From assembly GCA_044229075.1 (NCBI GenBank), contig JBGATS010000009.1:1-57802 (forward strand): a stretch of 57,802 nt of DNA, read 5' to 3'. A model generated the notes under the pieces. It worked only from the letters and a program-made list of their open reading frames with translations, ran no database searches and was not told the DNA's origin. The stretch is from Minisyncoccia bacterium (GTDB lineage: Bacteria; Patescibacteriota; Minisyncoccia; Phycocordibacterales; UBA1006). Within the stretch, counting starts at the first letter, position 1; every line of letters starts with the position of its first letter. Shown here one piece after another: positions 9,386 to 18,077 of this stretch. The position numbers and the translations under genes were made by a program.

Positions 9386-9521
9386 AATGCAATATAACAT
9401 AAAAACCTTAAAAAATAAAGTACGGGTGGTTTTTCATTGTTTTAGTTACCAACATCTTACCAACAGATACCATCTGAGATGTCTGGACTTCGTCAGCGAC
9501 TTGCGTCATCAATGTGTGTAT

Positions 9522-10868
9522 ATGAATACAACCGACCACATGCCTGGTGCTATGACCGCCAGAGGGATAATAACCGAGACAAAGGTAAAGTACTGTCTAT
9601 ACGCCCGAAAATCGACTGAATCAGAGGAACGACAAGTACTCAGTATAGACAGTCAAATCAAAGAAATGCTTCAACTGGCAGATCGAGAAGGACTTGAAAT
9701 TGTAACCATGAAACGAGAAAGCCACAGCGCAAAAGAAACTGGACAACGACCCGTATTTAATGAAATCGTTCAAGAAATCTCTGAGGGTAAATTCAATGGA
9801 ATACTAACATGGGCACCAGATCGTATTTCTCGAAACGCAGGAGATCTGGGGAGAATAGTAGATCTCATGGATGCAGGAAAACTAGTAGAAATACGAACCT
9901 TTGGTCAAAAGTTCGGTAATAATCCAAATGAGAAATTTCTCCTGATGATCCTTGGTTCACAGGCTAAGCTTGAAAATGACAACCGAGGTATTAATGTAAA
10001 ACGAGGTCTCCGAACACGCGTTGAGATGGGACTCTGGCCAGGTGTGGCACCTCTGGGATATCTCAACCAAAGAGACCTTGATAAAAAATGCCAGTTAATT
10101 ACTGATACATTACGTGCACCTATTGTAAAAAAGATATTTGAAAAGGTAGCCTACGAAAAACTCAGTGGTAGAAAAATCTACAACTGGCTCAAATTTGAAG
10201 CTAACTTTTATACCAGAGGAAATAAGCCACTTACTCTGGCAGGCGTATATAGAATATTAGAAAGTCCGTTCTATTACGGGATGTTTGAATATCCAAAAGA
10301 TAGCGGTAATTGGTATCAAGGAAAACATGATCCATTGATTACTAAAGAATTGTTCGACCAAGCTCAAGCACAATTAAAACGAGATAATATACAAAGAGAA
10401 AACAAAGAATTCGCATTTACGAAATTATTCACCTGTGGATACTGTGAAAGTGGAATATCAGCAGAAGAAAAGTGGAAACAGCTCAAAGATGGTACCCATA
10501 CAAAATATATCTACTACTCATGCAGTCGAGCACGAGATAGAAACTGTAAAAACAAGTACATTCGTGAGGAGGAACTTATTACTGAAATACTTAAAATACT
10601 TGATGAAGTAAATATAAACGAACTTGGTATGAGACAGAAGCTAGAGGATGAAATTGCTCGATTTAATATATTCCAAAGATCCGTATTAGGAACAACGGTA
10701 AAGTCAGACAAGGATATCGTGACCGATATCCGAAACTATGCAAAGTATATTCTCAAAGAAGGTACAGTTACAGAAAAACGCGAATTGCTCGCGAATTTAA
10801 GGAGTAGGATTGTGTATAAGGATAAGGAACTTACCTTAGTTAATTATCAAAGAGACCAATATTTTTAG
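9522..10868 (+). CDS. Large serine recombinase (resolvase, recombinase and zinc-ribbon domains)
   Basis: YCLYARKSTE catalytic Ser motif, PDRISRN, APLGY, GKHDPLI, CGYC...YYSC...C zinc ribbon. Start placed at 9522 or slightly later. Confidence 0.92.
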   Translation: MNTTDHMPGAMTARGIITETKVKYCLYARKSTESEERQVLSIDSQIKEMLQLADREGLEIVTMKRESHSAKETGQRPVFNEIVQEISEGKFNGILTWAPDRISRNAGDLGRIVDLMDAGKLVEIRTFGQKFGNNPNEKFLLMILGSQAKLENDNRGINVKRGLRTRVEMGLWPGVAPLGYLNQRDLDKKCQLITDTLRAPIVKKIFEKVAYEKLSGRKIYNWLKFEANFYTRGNKPLTLAGVYRILESPFYYGMFEYPKDSGNWYQGKHDPLITKELFDQAQAQLKRDNIQRENKEFAFTKLFTCGYCESGISAEEKWKQLKDGTHTKYIYYSCSRARDRNCKNKYIREEELITEILKILDEVNINELGMRQKLEDEIARFNIFQRSVLGTTVKSDKDIVTDIRNYAKYILKEGTVTEKRELLANLRSRIVYKDKELTLVNYQRDQYF

Positions 10869-11679
10869 ATCTATGTATTCTCAATCGCTCAACCATTATC
10901 TCTAAATGATACTTTGTGGTTAACTTTTCCGCTTTATATAAAGCATATCTACTTCTTATGGGACTATTGAATGATTTATACTCTGTTGATAATGCTAAGT
11001 ATGCATCAGCAAGATTTCCCCAAGCTTGTTCCTCTTTAAAACATCTAATCGCTTCCTTTATGTATCTTATAGAGTCTTTGCTGATGGCAACAGACCTCTT
11101 TCGAGATTCTTTATCTATCAAGAAGAAAAGATCCATGTTTAAAAAACGAATTATTTTCAGCATAGCAATCTTTGACCTCCAAGGTCTACCAGAACCCATT
11201 TTGTATAGCGTAAACTGTAAGTAAAAATCACCATAAACTTCTCCCGCTATTTGGTAGCAATAGCCAGCAGGACCAACATAGGCTTTCTTTTTTAGATATT
11301 CAAAGCCGGTATTTAGGTATGACTGTATGACACCCCATGATTCGTTTACTTTTTTATCTAGTTCCTCGTACCTATTCTTCTCATTCTTCAAAGCATGACT
11401 GAACCACCCAAGTGCAAGAGTAAGATTTTTCATCTCATGAATTAGTTCAGGTGTCTTGGAAATTTCTGCCTTTGCTTTCATTATATAAAACTGTGCCAAC
11501 ATTTCGGTTCTGCCTAGTTTTTCTGCACACACTATTGAAGCGTTGCACACCAAATGAATTTTATCAGCATCTTGAATAGGCTTCAGAGTACTCAAAAGAT
11601 CTCCTAACTTTTGAAGGACGATATTCAAATCGGGATCAGAGGCAATAATATTAAGTATTTCTTCTTTAATTTTTTCCAT
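10840..11679 (-). CDS. Hypothetical alpha-helical (TPR-like) protein
   Basis: Long ORF with AGYCYQIAGEVY and LADAYLALS helical-repeat-like segments. Start uncertain (11679, 11691 or 11724); overlaps the stop of the DUF4238 gene. Confidence 0.65.
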   Translation of the reverse strand: MEKIKEEILNIIASDPDLNIVLQKLGDLLSTLKPIQDADKIHLVCNASIVCAEKLGRTEMLAQFYIMKAKAEISKTPELIHEMKNLTLALGWFSHALKNEKNRYEELDKKVNESWGVIQSYLNTGFEYLKKKAYVGPAGYCYQIAGEVYGDFYLQFTLYKMGSGRPWRSKIAMLKIIRFLNMDLFFLIDKESRKRSVAISKDSIRYIKEAIRCFKEEQAWGNLADAYLALSTEYKSFNSPIRSRYALYKAEKLTTKYHLEIMVERLRIHRSKNIGLFDN

Positions 11680-12637
11680 ATTTTCTTTCATGTTTTTTCC
11701 AGAGTCTTTTTGACTTGTAGTCATGGATAAATATTTTTATCTTGTATTGCAAAACCTTAAAGATAAATATCGGATCAAGCGGAACTTTGTAAAACCAGAC
11801 CCATTTTTTATTAGGCGTTGATGAAACAAATTCTTTATCACAGTGCCCTCGAGTCATACGATTTAAATCCTCAACCTGGGTCCCAGTTAGAAGACCGTAT
11901 CCGTGATAATTAGCCCAAGAAAACATTACAGTTATTTCTGGAGATAACGGCAAAGTAAGCTGAATATTTTTTTGACCAAAACCAGGACCATAGAACCGTT
12001 GCCATTGAAGATCTGGGTTGAATAGAACACATGGTTCATCAGATGTTATAAAAGGATATTTCTTTATGTCTGGAGAACAAAGAAAAGCGATATTCATTTG
12101 CTTAATGATATTTGCCAAAAACGGCAGGCTGTCCATTAGTTGCAGTTTATGGATATCCTTTTTGTATTCTATCCATTCTTGAACTTGTTTTGAAGCTGTA
12201 ACCCCATATGCCAATGCTATTTGTGTACCGTGATCAATGAGTTGCTGAATGAATCCTTCCTGGTTTCTTTTAAATCGGAGAGTTCTTTGAAGTTGCGCAG
12301 CAACAAAGATACATAGATATGCATGCTCATGATCAGATAAAGGCTTTTTGGCTTTTACGGTTTTCATCACCTCTACAAACTTACCCTCTATCCTTGAAAG
12401 ATTTGTTTCAATAGAAAAATCTTTTACTCCATTGAAATTAATAGTGTATAGATGATTTTCTGTAAAAATGTTAGCAGGTGATCTTTTCTTCTTCTCTTTT
12501 CCATTTTTACTAAAAACCCACACATAAGGTTCATAACCAGTGGGAGTATTAGGATCAGTAAATTCAGAAAGATAGCACCTTGGAACAAAGTGCTGACTCG
12601 TGGGACCTTTTTGTTCTTTCTTAATTTTTTTTGACAT
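11666..12637 (-). CDS. DUF4238-family protein
   Basis: N-terminal QHFVPRCYLSEF, IETNLSRIEG, FITSDEP and LPLSPEI motifs. Confidence 0.8.
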   Translation of the reverse strand: MSKKIKKEQKGPTSQHFVPRCYLSEFTDPNTPTGYEPYVWVFSKNGKEKKKRSPANIFTENHLYTINFNGVKDFSIETNLSRIEGKFVEVMKTVKAKKPLSDHEHAYLCIFVAAQLQRTLRFKRNQEGFIQQLIDHGTQIALAYGVTASKQVQEWIEYKKDIHKLQLMDSLPFLANIIKQMNIAFLCSPDIKKYPFITSDEPCVLFNPDLQWQRFYGPGFGQKNIQLTLPLSPEITVMFSWANYHGYGLLTGTQVEDLNRMTRGHCDKEFVSSTPNKKWVWFYKVPLDPIFIFKVLQYKIKIFIHDYKSKRLWKKHERKYGKN

Positions 12638-12768
12638 AACTTAATATTAGCATATTACCATTTTGAATACAAAAATACATGATAGTATCATGTATTTTTG
12701 TATAACTTACATATCTGAGTCGCACCACTTGCTCAAGCAAGTGAGTTGACTCCGATACTAAATTGTGT

Positions 12769-12858
12769 TGGCGGAGGATGTGGGATTCGAACCCACGGAC
12801 AGTTTTACCCGTCGACAGTTTAGTAAACTGTTGATTTAAACCACTCATCCAATCCTCC
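12769..12858 (-). tRNA. tRNA-Ser (anticodon ACT)
   Basis: Cloverleaf: acceptor GGAGGAT/ATCCTCC, anticodon arm ACAGT-TT ACT AA-ACTGT, long variable arm GACGG/CTGTC, T arm GTGGG-TTCGAAT-CCCAC, G73, encoded CCA. Confidence 0.92.
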
Positions 12859-12868
12859 TGATATCTTG

Positions 12869-12955
12869 CGGAGACGAGAGGATTCGAACCTCCGAGGGCT
12901 GTAACACCCTGCCTCTTTAGCAAAGAGGTACGTTAGACCACTCTGACACGTCTCC
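12869..12955 (-). tRNA. tRNA-Ser (anticodon GCT)
   Basis: Acceptor GGAGACG/CGTCTCC, anticodon arm CCTCT-TT GCT AA-AGAGG, long variable arm, TTCGAAT loop, G73; CCA not encoded. Confidence 0.95.
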
Positions 12956-13003
12956 AGATAGAAAATAACTTACCATAAAATGAAAAATAAAAAAAGAGTT
13001 CTC

Positions 13004-13672
13004 TTAATGAACTCTTTTTGAATATTTTTTATTTACATTTTTAATAATTCTAATTACGGTCAGGATTAAAACTCCTCCTGAAAATATAAAAAGGGTTGTA
13101 TCCATAATTGAAGTAATGAAACTCCCTGTAAAGGTTACCCAAAACAAAGTTATAAACCCAATACAATCCATAAGTAAATGTCCTTCGGAACCGTGACATA
13201 GCGCATCGCAAGAATCATTTTCTGTTTTTATGTGTAGTATATACCACTGTAAAAAAATTAATGCATTAATAAGTAGTAAATACCATCTCAACGTTGCCAT
13301 ATTCCCGAATATCATTTGTTCAAATGCATGGTCAAGTAATTCATAAACTCTAAATATTCCAAGTCCAATTACAAGAATGATCGTTCCGTAACTAACTATT
13401 TTTTCTATTTTTTCTTCTTGATTTAAATTTTTATGATGTAAAAGATAAGAAAAAATAAAGAGTGTCCCAAAAAATGCTCCGTGAAATAACATATGCATCA
13501 TTGCAATACCTAATGTATTACTATTGGTTTTTTCAAAACCAATATACTCAACTATTCCAGTAATTACTGATAGTATGGTCAGTACTGCAAATTTTGTGTA
13601 CTCTTTTTTAAATGTAATTATATTTTTCATAATTTTTTTGTTTACTATATATAACAAATCATATTTATGCAA
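13004..13672 (-). CDS. Hypothetical multi-pass membrane protein
   Basis: About six hydrophobic segments and several His residues; start may be 13630. Confidence 0.7.
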   Translation of the reverse strand: MHKYDLLYIVNKKIMKNIITFKKEYTKFAVLTILSVITGIVEYIGFEKTNSNTLGIAMMHMLFHGAFFGTLFIFSYLLHHKNLNQEEKIEKIVSYGTIILVIGLGIFRVYELLDHAFEQMIFGNMATLRWYLLLINALIFLQWYILHIKTENDSCDALCHGSEGHLLMDCIGFITLFWVTFTGSFITSIMDTTLFIFSGGVLILTVIRIIKNVNKKYSKRVH

Positions 13673-13724
13673 GTATACATATACCCTTGCTTAGTTTATT
13701 AAATTAATTTATACTACCTATTAT

Positions 13725-14093
13725 ATGGCATACAGAATATTAATTATAGAAGACGACGATTTCCTGCGTAGTCTAGCAGTATCGAAACTGGAAAAAGAAG
13801 GATTTGTTATGGAAACAGCGGGTACAGGCGATGAAGGTCTCGAGAAAGTCCTAGCTTTACCGCCCGACCTCTTAATCCTTGATCTCATGCTCCCAAATGT
13901 TTCTGGTTTTGATATTTTGAAGCAAGTTCGCGAACATGAAACAACTAAGAAACTCAAAGTTATTGTGTTTTCAAATCTTGGCGATGAATCAGATATTAAA
14001 CAATGTCTAGATCTTGGGGTGAGTGAATACCTCGTAAAAGCAAATTTTACTCTGGATGAACTTGCAGAAAAAGTAAAAATATTAGTATCGTAA
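13725..14093 (+). CDS. Single-domain response regulator receiver
   Basis: ILIIEDD, LILDLMLP (phospho-Asp), VFSN, YLVK. Confidence 0.92.
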   Translation: MAYRILIIEDDDFLRSLAVSKLEKEGFVMETAGTGDEGLEKVLALPPDLLILDLMLPNVSGFDILKQVREHETTKKLKVIVFSNLGDESDIKQCLDLGVSEYLVKANFTLDELAEKVKILVS

Positions 14094-14181
14094 TTCCTAA
14101 AAACAAACAGGTATACTGTTTGTTTTTTTAAATAATCATAAAACCTATCCCAATACCGTGCAGATATGTTATAGTGAAACC

Positions 14182-16350
14182 ATGGACGCAAAAACTCCAC
14201 TCGTAAAAATACTGAAAATCACTCCTGATCAAAAAAAGTCATTATCACGACTCTCACTTATTACTGTTCAAGATTTATTAATGCATTTTCCAGTACGATA
14301 TAACAATGTAGGGACACTCACCCTTATCGACCATGCCAACACTGGAGACGAAGTAACGATATACGGCGAATTAACAGGACTTATTGCTACAAAAGGTTTC
14401 AAAACAAAAATCCCTATGACGAAGGGGTTATTTCGTGATATTGCGAATACTTCTATTGCTGTTGTTTGGATGCACCAACCTTATCTTGCAAAGATGTTCC
14501 CTGATGGTTCATTGGTAAAATTAACAGGAAAAATCAGTGACGGGAAAAATGGTCGTGTGTTTATGAATCCCCATATTGAAAAAACAAAACATCTCCCGAT
14601 TGATGTTTCTGATTCCCTTTTTACTGACACCGATCAAGAGTCAAGTATTGGATTCCCGATATACCCAGAAACGCGCGGTATCACCAGCAAGTGGTTATAT
14701 CATGCTGTAAAAAAAATCTGTACCCAAAAACTACATACAACAATTACTGATCCGATTCCCCCTCAAGTTTTAAAAAAATATAATCTCCCTGACCTAGCAA
14801 CCGCTCTGTTATGGATTCATTTCCCAACAAGACGTGAACATGCGGAGGCCGCCAAAAAACGATTCGCATTTCAGGAAATATTTTTGATCCATTTGCAAAA
14901 AGCGTTCGAACGTAAACAGTATCAACAATTATTTTCTTTTAAACTTTCTGTACCAAAAAAAGACGTCACTGATTTCATTAATGCATTCCCTTTCAAACCA
15001 ACAACTGGGCAAATGGATGCACTAAATCAGATTTTCCGAGATATTGAATCCGACGAGCCTATGTCACGCTTAATCGAAGGTGACGTAGGATCCGGAAAGA
15101 CATTTATCGCAGCCGTTGCAAGTTATGCAACCATTATGAATCGTCCAGGTGACCAGACATACGGAAATCTGCAAGTTGCATACATGGCACCAACGGAAGT
15201 GCTTGCCGTGCAGCTGTTTGAAAACTTTATCGAATATTTTAAAAACACAGGAATCAGTATTGGATTGGTCACGGGTTCCGGTTGTCGTAAATTCCCTACC
15301 AAGGTTGCTTCAAGTCAAAAACCATGGACGGAAATTTCAAAAACTCAACTCACCAAATGGATTAAGTCTGGTGAAATTGCAATCACAGTTGGAACGCATG
15401 TATTGATTTCGAAATCCATTGATTTTCATGATCTTGGCTTGGTAATTATTGATGAGCAACATCGATTTGGAACCAATCAACGGATGAAGCTCGCGAAAAA
15501 AGAAGGCCATGCGCCACATTATCTGTCCATGACCGCAACACCGATTCCACGAACACTTGCTCTGACCATTTATGGAGACCTCGATATTTCTGTACTCGAT
15601 ACGATGCCATCCGGACGAAAGCCGGTGATTACAGAACTGGTAAGTCCTGATAAACGCGAAACTTCATACGACCGTATGCGCACAGAGCTTAAATCAGGAC
15701 GCCAAGCATATGTGATCTGTCCACGAATTTCAGACCCAGATCCAGACGAGGAGCAAAAATTGCAATTACGAAGCGTAACCGCAGAGGCAAAAAGACTTCA
15801 GGAGAAAGTGTTTCCAGATTACACCATTGGAATCATGCATTCAAAAATGACAAAACAGAAGAAAGAAGAGGTGATGCAAGAATTTGCAAATCATGAAATC
15901 GATATTCTGGTTTCCACATCAGTAATTGAGGTTGGTGTAAATGTACCCAACGCAAGTGTTATGATCATCGAAGGAGCCGAGCGATTCGGATTATCACAGT
16001 TGCACCAATTACGTGGACGTGTTATGCGAAGCTCGCACCAGCCCTACTGTTTCCTGTTTACCGAATCAATGGGTGACGTTACGGAAAAACGATTGAAGAG
16101 TTTTTTGGAAGCAAAAAATGGATTCGAACTTGCTGAAATGGATTTAAACTTGCGCGGTGCTGGAGATCTTTTAGGATTAAAACAATGGGGTATGTCCGAC
16201 CTTGCTATGATTGCATTGCGAAATATAAAACTCGTTGAATATGCACGAGAAGAAGCAAAACAATTACTCTCCTATGACCCAACATTAGAAACACATATAC
16301 CTCTTCATCAATTCATTAAAGAAATACAAAAAGTTCCGCATTTGGAATAA
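14182..16350 (+). CDS. recG: ATP-dependent DNA helicase RecG
   Basis: RLIEGDVGSGKT, MAPTEVLA, IIDEQHRFG, MTATPIPRTL, RFGLSQLHQLRGRV. Start placed at 14182. Confidence 0.97.
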   Translation: MDAKTPLVKILKITPDQKKSLSRLSLITVQDLLMHFPVRYNNVGTLTLIDHANTGDEVTIYGELTGLIATKGFKTKIPMTKGLFRDIANTSIAVVWMHQPYLAKMFPDGSLVKLTGKISDGKNGRVFMNPHIEKTKHLPIDVSDSLFTDTDQESSIGFPIYPETRGITSKWLYHAVKKICTQKLHTTITDPIPPQVLKKYNLPDLATALLWIHFPTRREHAEAAKKRFAFQEIFLIHLQKAFERKQYQQLFSFKLSVPKKDVTDFINAFPFKPTTGQMDALNQIFRDIESDEPMSRLIEGDVGSGKTFIAAVASYATIMNRPGDQTYGNLQVAYMAPTEVLAVQLFENFIEYFKNTGISIGLVTGSGCRKFPTKVASSQKPWTEISKTQLTKWIKSGEIAITVGTHVLISKSIDFHDLGLVIIDEQHRFGTNQRMKLAKKEGHAPHYLSMTATPIPRTLALTIYGDLDISVLDTMPSGRKPVITELVSPDKRETSYDRMRTELKSGRQAYVICPRISDPDPDEEQKLQLRSVTAEAKRLQEKVFPDYTIGIMHSKMTKQKKEEVMQEFANHEIDILVSTSVIEVGVNVPNASVMIIEGAERFGLSQLHQLRGRVMRSSHQPYCFLFTESMGDVTEKRLKSFLEAKNGFELAEMDLNLRGAGDLLGLKQWGMSDLAMIALRNIKLVEYAREEAKQLLSYDPTLETHIPLHQFIKEIQKVPHLE

Positions 16351-16381
16351 TACAAAAACCACATTATGTGGTTTTTGTATT
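16349..16381. terminator. Bidirectional terminator-like palindrome after recG
   Basis: AATACAAAAACCACAT-T-ATGTGGTTTTTGTATT. Confidence 0.75.
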
Positions 16382-16472
16382 GAGTGGTCACTTATCTGAT
16401 AATCTTCGAACCAGGGGCCGCAGAGGTATATCTAACAATGGAGCGGGTTCGCTCGAATCTTGGAGAAACATG

Positions 16473-16546
16473 TGGGAGTAGGTGGACTCGAACCACCGAC
16501 CGCAGAGGTATAAGCTCTGTGCTCTAACCAACTGAGCTATACTCCC
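16473..16546 (-). tRNA. tRNA-Ile (anticodon TAT)
   Basis: Acceptor GGGAGTA/TACTCCC, D arm GCTC/GAGC, anticodon arm CAGAG-CT TAT AC-CTCTG, T arm GGTGG-TTCGAGT-CCACC, A73; CCA not encoded. Confidence 0.93.
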
Positions 16547-16759
16547 ACATGTTTTCCCATATTCTCACTGCCCGCAATATCTACGATATAGCGACATAGT
16601 TCTCGGATTTCATAAAAAAAGAATTTTCACAAAACTATTCACCCGTCCCAATAAATTCTGTACTCTGATCAATTTAACTATATACTTAAAATACATTTTA
16701 ATAGTACCTTATTTTAGCATCAAAATCAAACAAAAAACCGTTTTCACGATTTTTTGTAG

Positions 16760-18040
16760 TTAGTCACACATATAAAAACTTTTACGATTTGAAAAAATTG
16801 ATAAATATGCACAAACATTCTTTTGTACAACAACATCTTTCTTTGACCCAATGATTAGCGCGGTTTTTGCGCTAGCTGAATAAAATTGGTGTGCAAGGTA
16901 TACAGGAATACCTCTGGCTGAAAAGAGATCAGAAACTTTTTTCAGGTAGTCCAAATGCTCTTTTGACATTACATAAGAGCTTTTTGCACGAATATCCCCC
17001 GTTGAAAACCCAAGTGCAACATTATATTCAGTTATCCAAATTTCCTTATTAGGAGCCGCTGCCTGAAGTCTATCTAATACGGTTGGCATATTTGCAAGAT
17101 CAGCATAAGCAGTTCTTGCAAGACACTTCTCGAGCGACTCGTTAATTGATCGAGAATTAACACATAGGGAAGTATCTGCATAGGGGTGAATAATTACAGC
17201 ATCTATATTCATAGGTAATACTCGTTCATTCCAATATCTAAAGTAATTACTAAAATCTCCTTGATAATAATTATTATAATTTGGGTTAAAAACTGCCGAA
17301 GGTGTTATTATGGGCGCTCCAGTTTTAATTGTAATTATTCTTCCTAATTCTTTTGATTTACGTTCTGCTAGTTGATCAAATGCTAAAGAGTACTGGTTCA
17401 CTAATTGTTCATATCGATCAAGCGTTGGTCCAGCAACTGCTGTAACTTTTGCAAAATCTTTTTCTTTTCTCACTTTCCCACGAAGTAGTTTTGTTAAATC
17501 ATATGCATAAAGCTCGTTTCCTAATTCTATAAAAGGAACTTCAACCCCTTGATCAATCAAATATTCGACCGCTCGTACATTCATTGCAATTAATTCTGCA
17601 TCTGATTTATTTCTGATAGGTTTTGGTATTAGCCCGGGAGCTCCATAATAATTAGGAAAATGAGCCGCAAGGTTTGCAACATATACAGTTTTCACACCGG
17701 TTCCTTTCATGGTAGTAGCATATTCAACTAAGAAATTATTTTTAAAACCCTTATCAAAACTAGTTTGTTTCCCGAGCCCCGGATTATCAAGTAGTGGTAT
17801 AAACTCATTCCCTCGAGTCCCTCCTGGAAACCGCATAAAACTTGCACCCGTATCAGAAAGAACTTGTTGGATAACCTTGGTCTGACCAACCCGATCAGGA
17901 CTTTTGATAAGCGATTCAATAAAAAATCCATTATACCCGAACCCTGGCTTTTTAAAAACTTCGGTAGTAGTATCCGCAAAAACAAACAGAGGCGTTCCTA
18001 TTATACTTATCAAAAACGTAAGAATGGTAATCTTTTTCAT
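16760..18040 (-). CDS. Secreted clan GH-A glycoside hydrolase-like protein
   Basis: Signal peptide, MRFPGG, ELGNE (acid/base), HPY, WITEYN (nucleophile). Family (GH79/51/39-like) not resolvable by eye. Confidence 0.75.
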   Translation of the reverse strand: MKKITILTFLISIIGTPLFVFADTTTEVFKKPGFGYNGFFIESLIKSPDRVGQTKVIQQVLSDTGASFMRFPGGTRGNEFIPLLDNPGLGKQTSFDKGFKNNFLVEYATTMKGTGVKTVYVANLAAHFPNYYGAPGLIPKPIRNKSDAELIAMNVRAVEYLIDQGVEVPFIELGNELYAYDLTKLLRGKVRKEKDFAKVTAVAGPTLDRYEQLVNQYSLAFDQLAERKSKELGRIITIKTGAPIITPSAVFNPNYNNYYQGDFSNYFRYWNERVLPMNIDAVIIHPYADTSLCVNSRSINESLEKCLARTAYADLANMPTVLDRLQAAAPNKEIWITEYNVALGFSTGDIRAKSSYVMSKEHLDYLKKVSDLFSARGIPVYLAHQFYSASAKTALIIGSKKDVVVQKNVCAYLSIFSNRKSFYMCD

Positions 18041-18077
18041 ATTCAGTAATTAAATTAATAGGTAATGTTGATAAAAA

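Noticed and set aside
1-12768. Prophage
   Set aside because: No terminase, capsid, portal or tail genes recognisable; no tRNA 3'-end duplication visible within the window.
12621-12923. 100-aa ORF
   Set aside because: It overlies the two tRNA-Ser genes.
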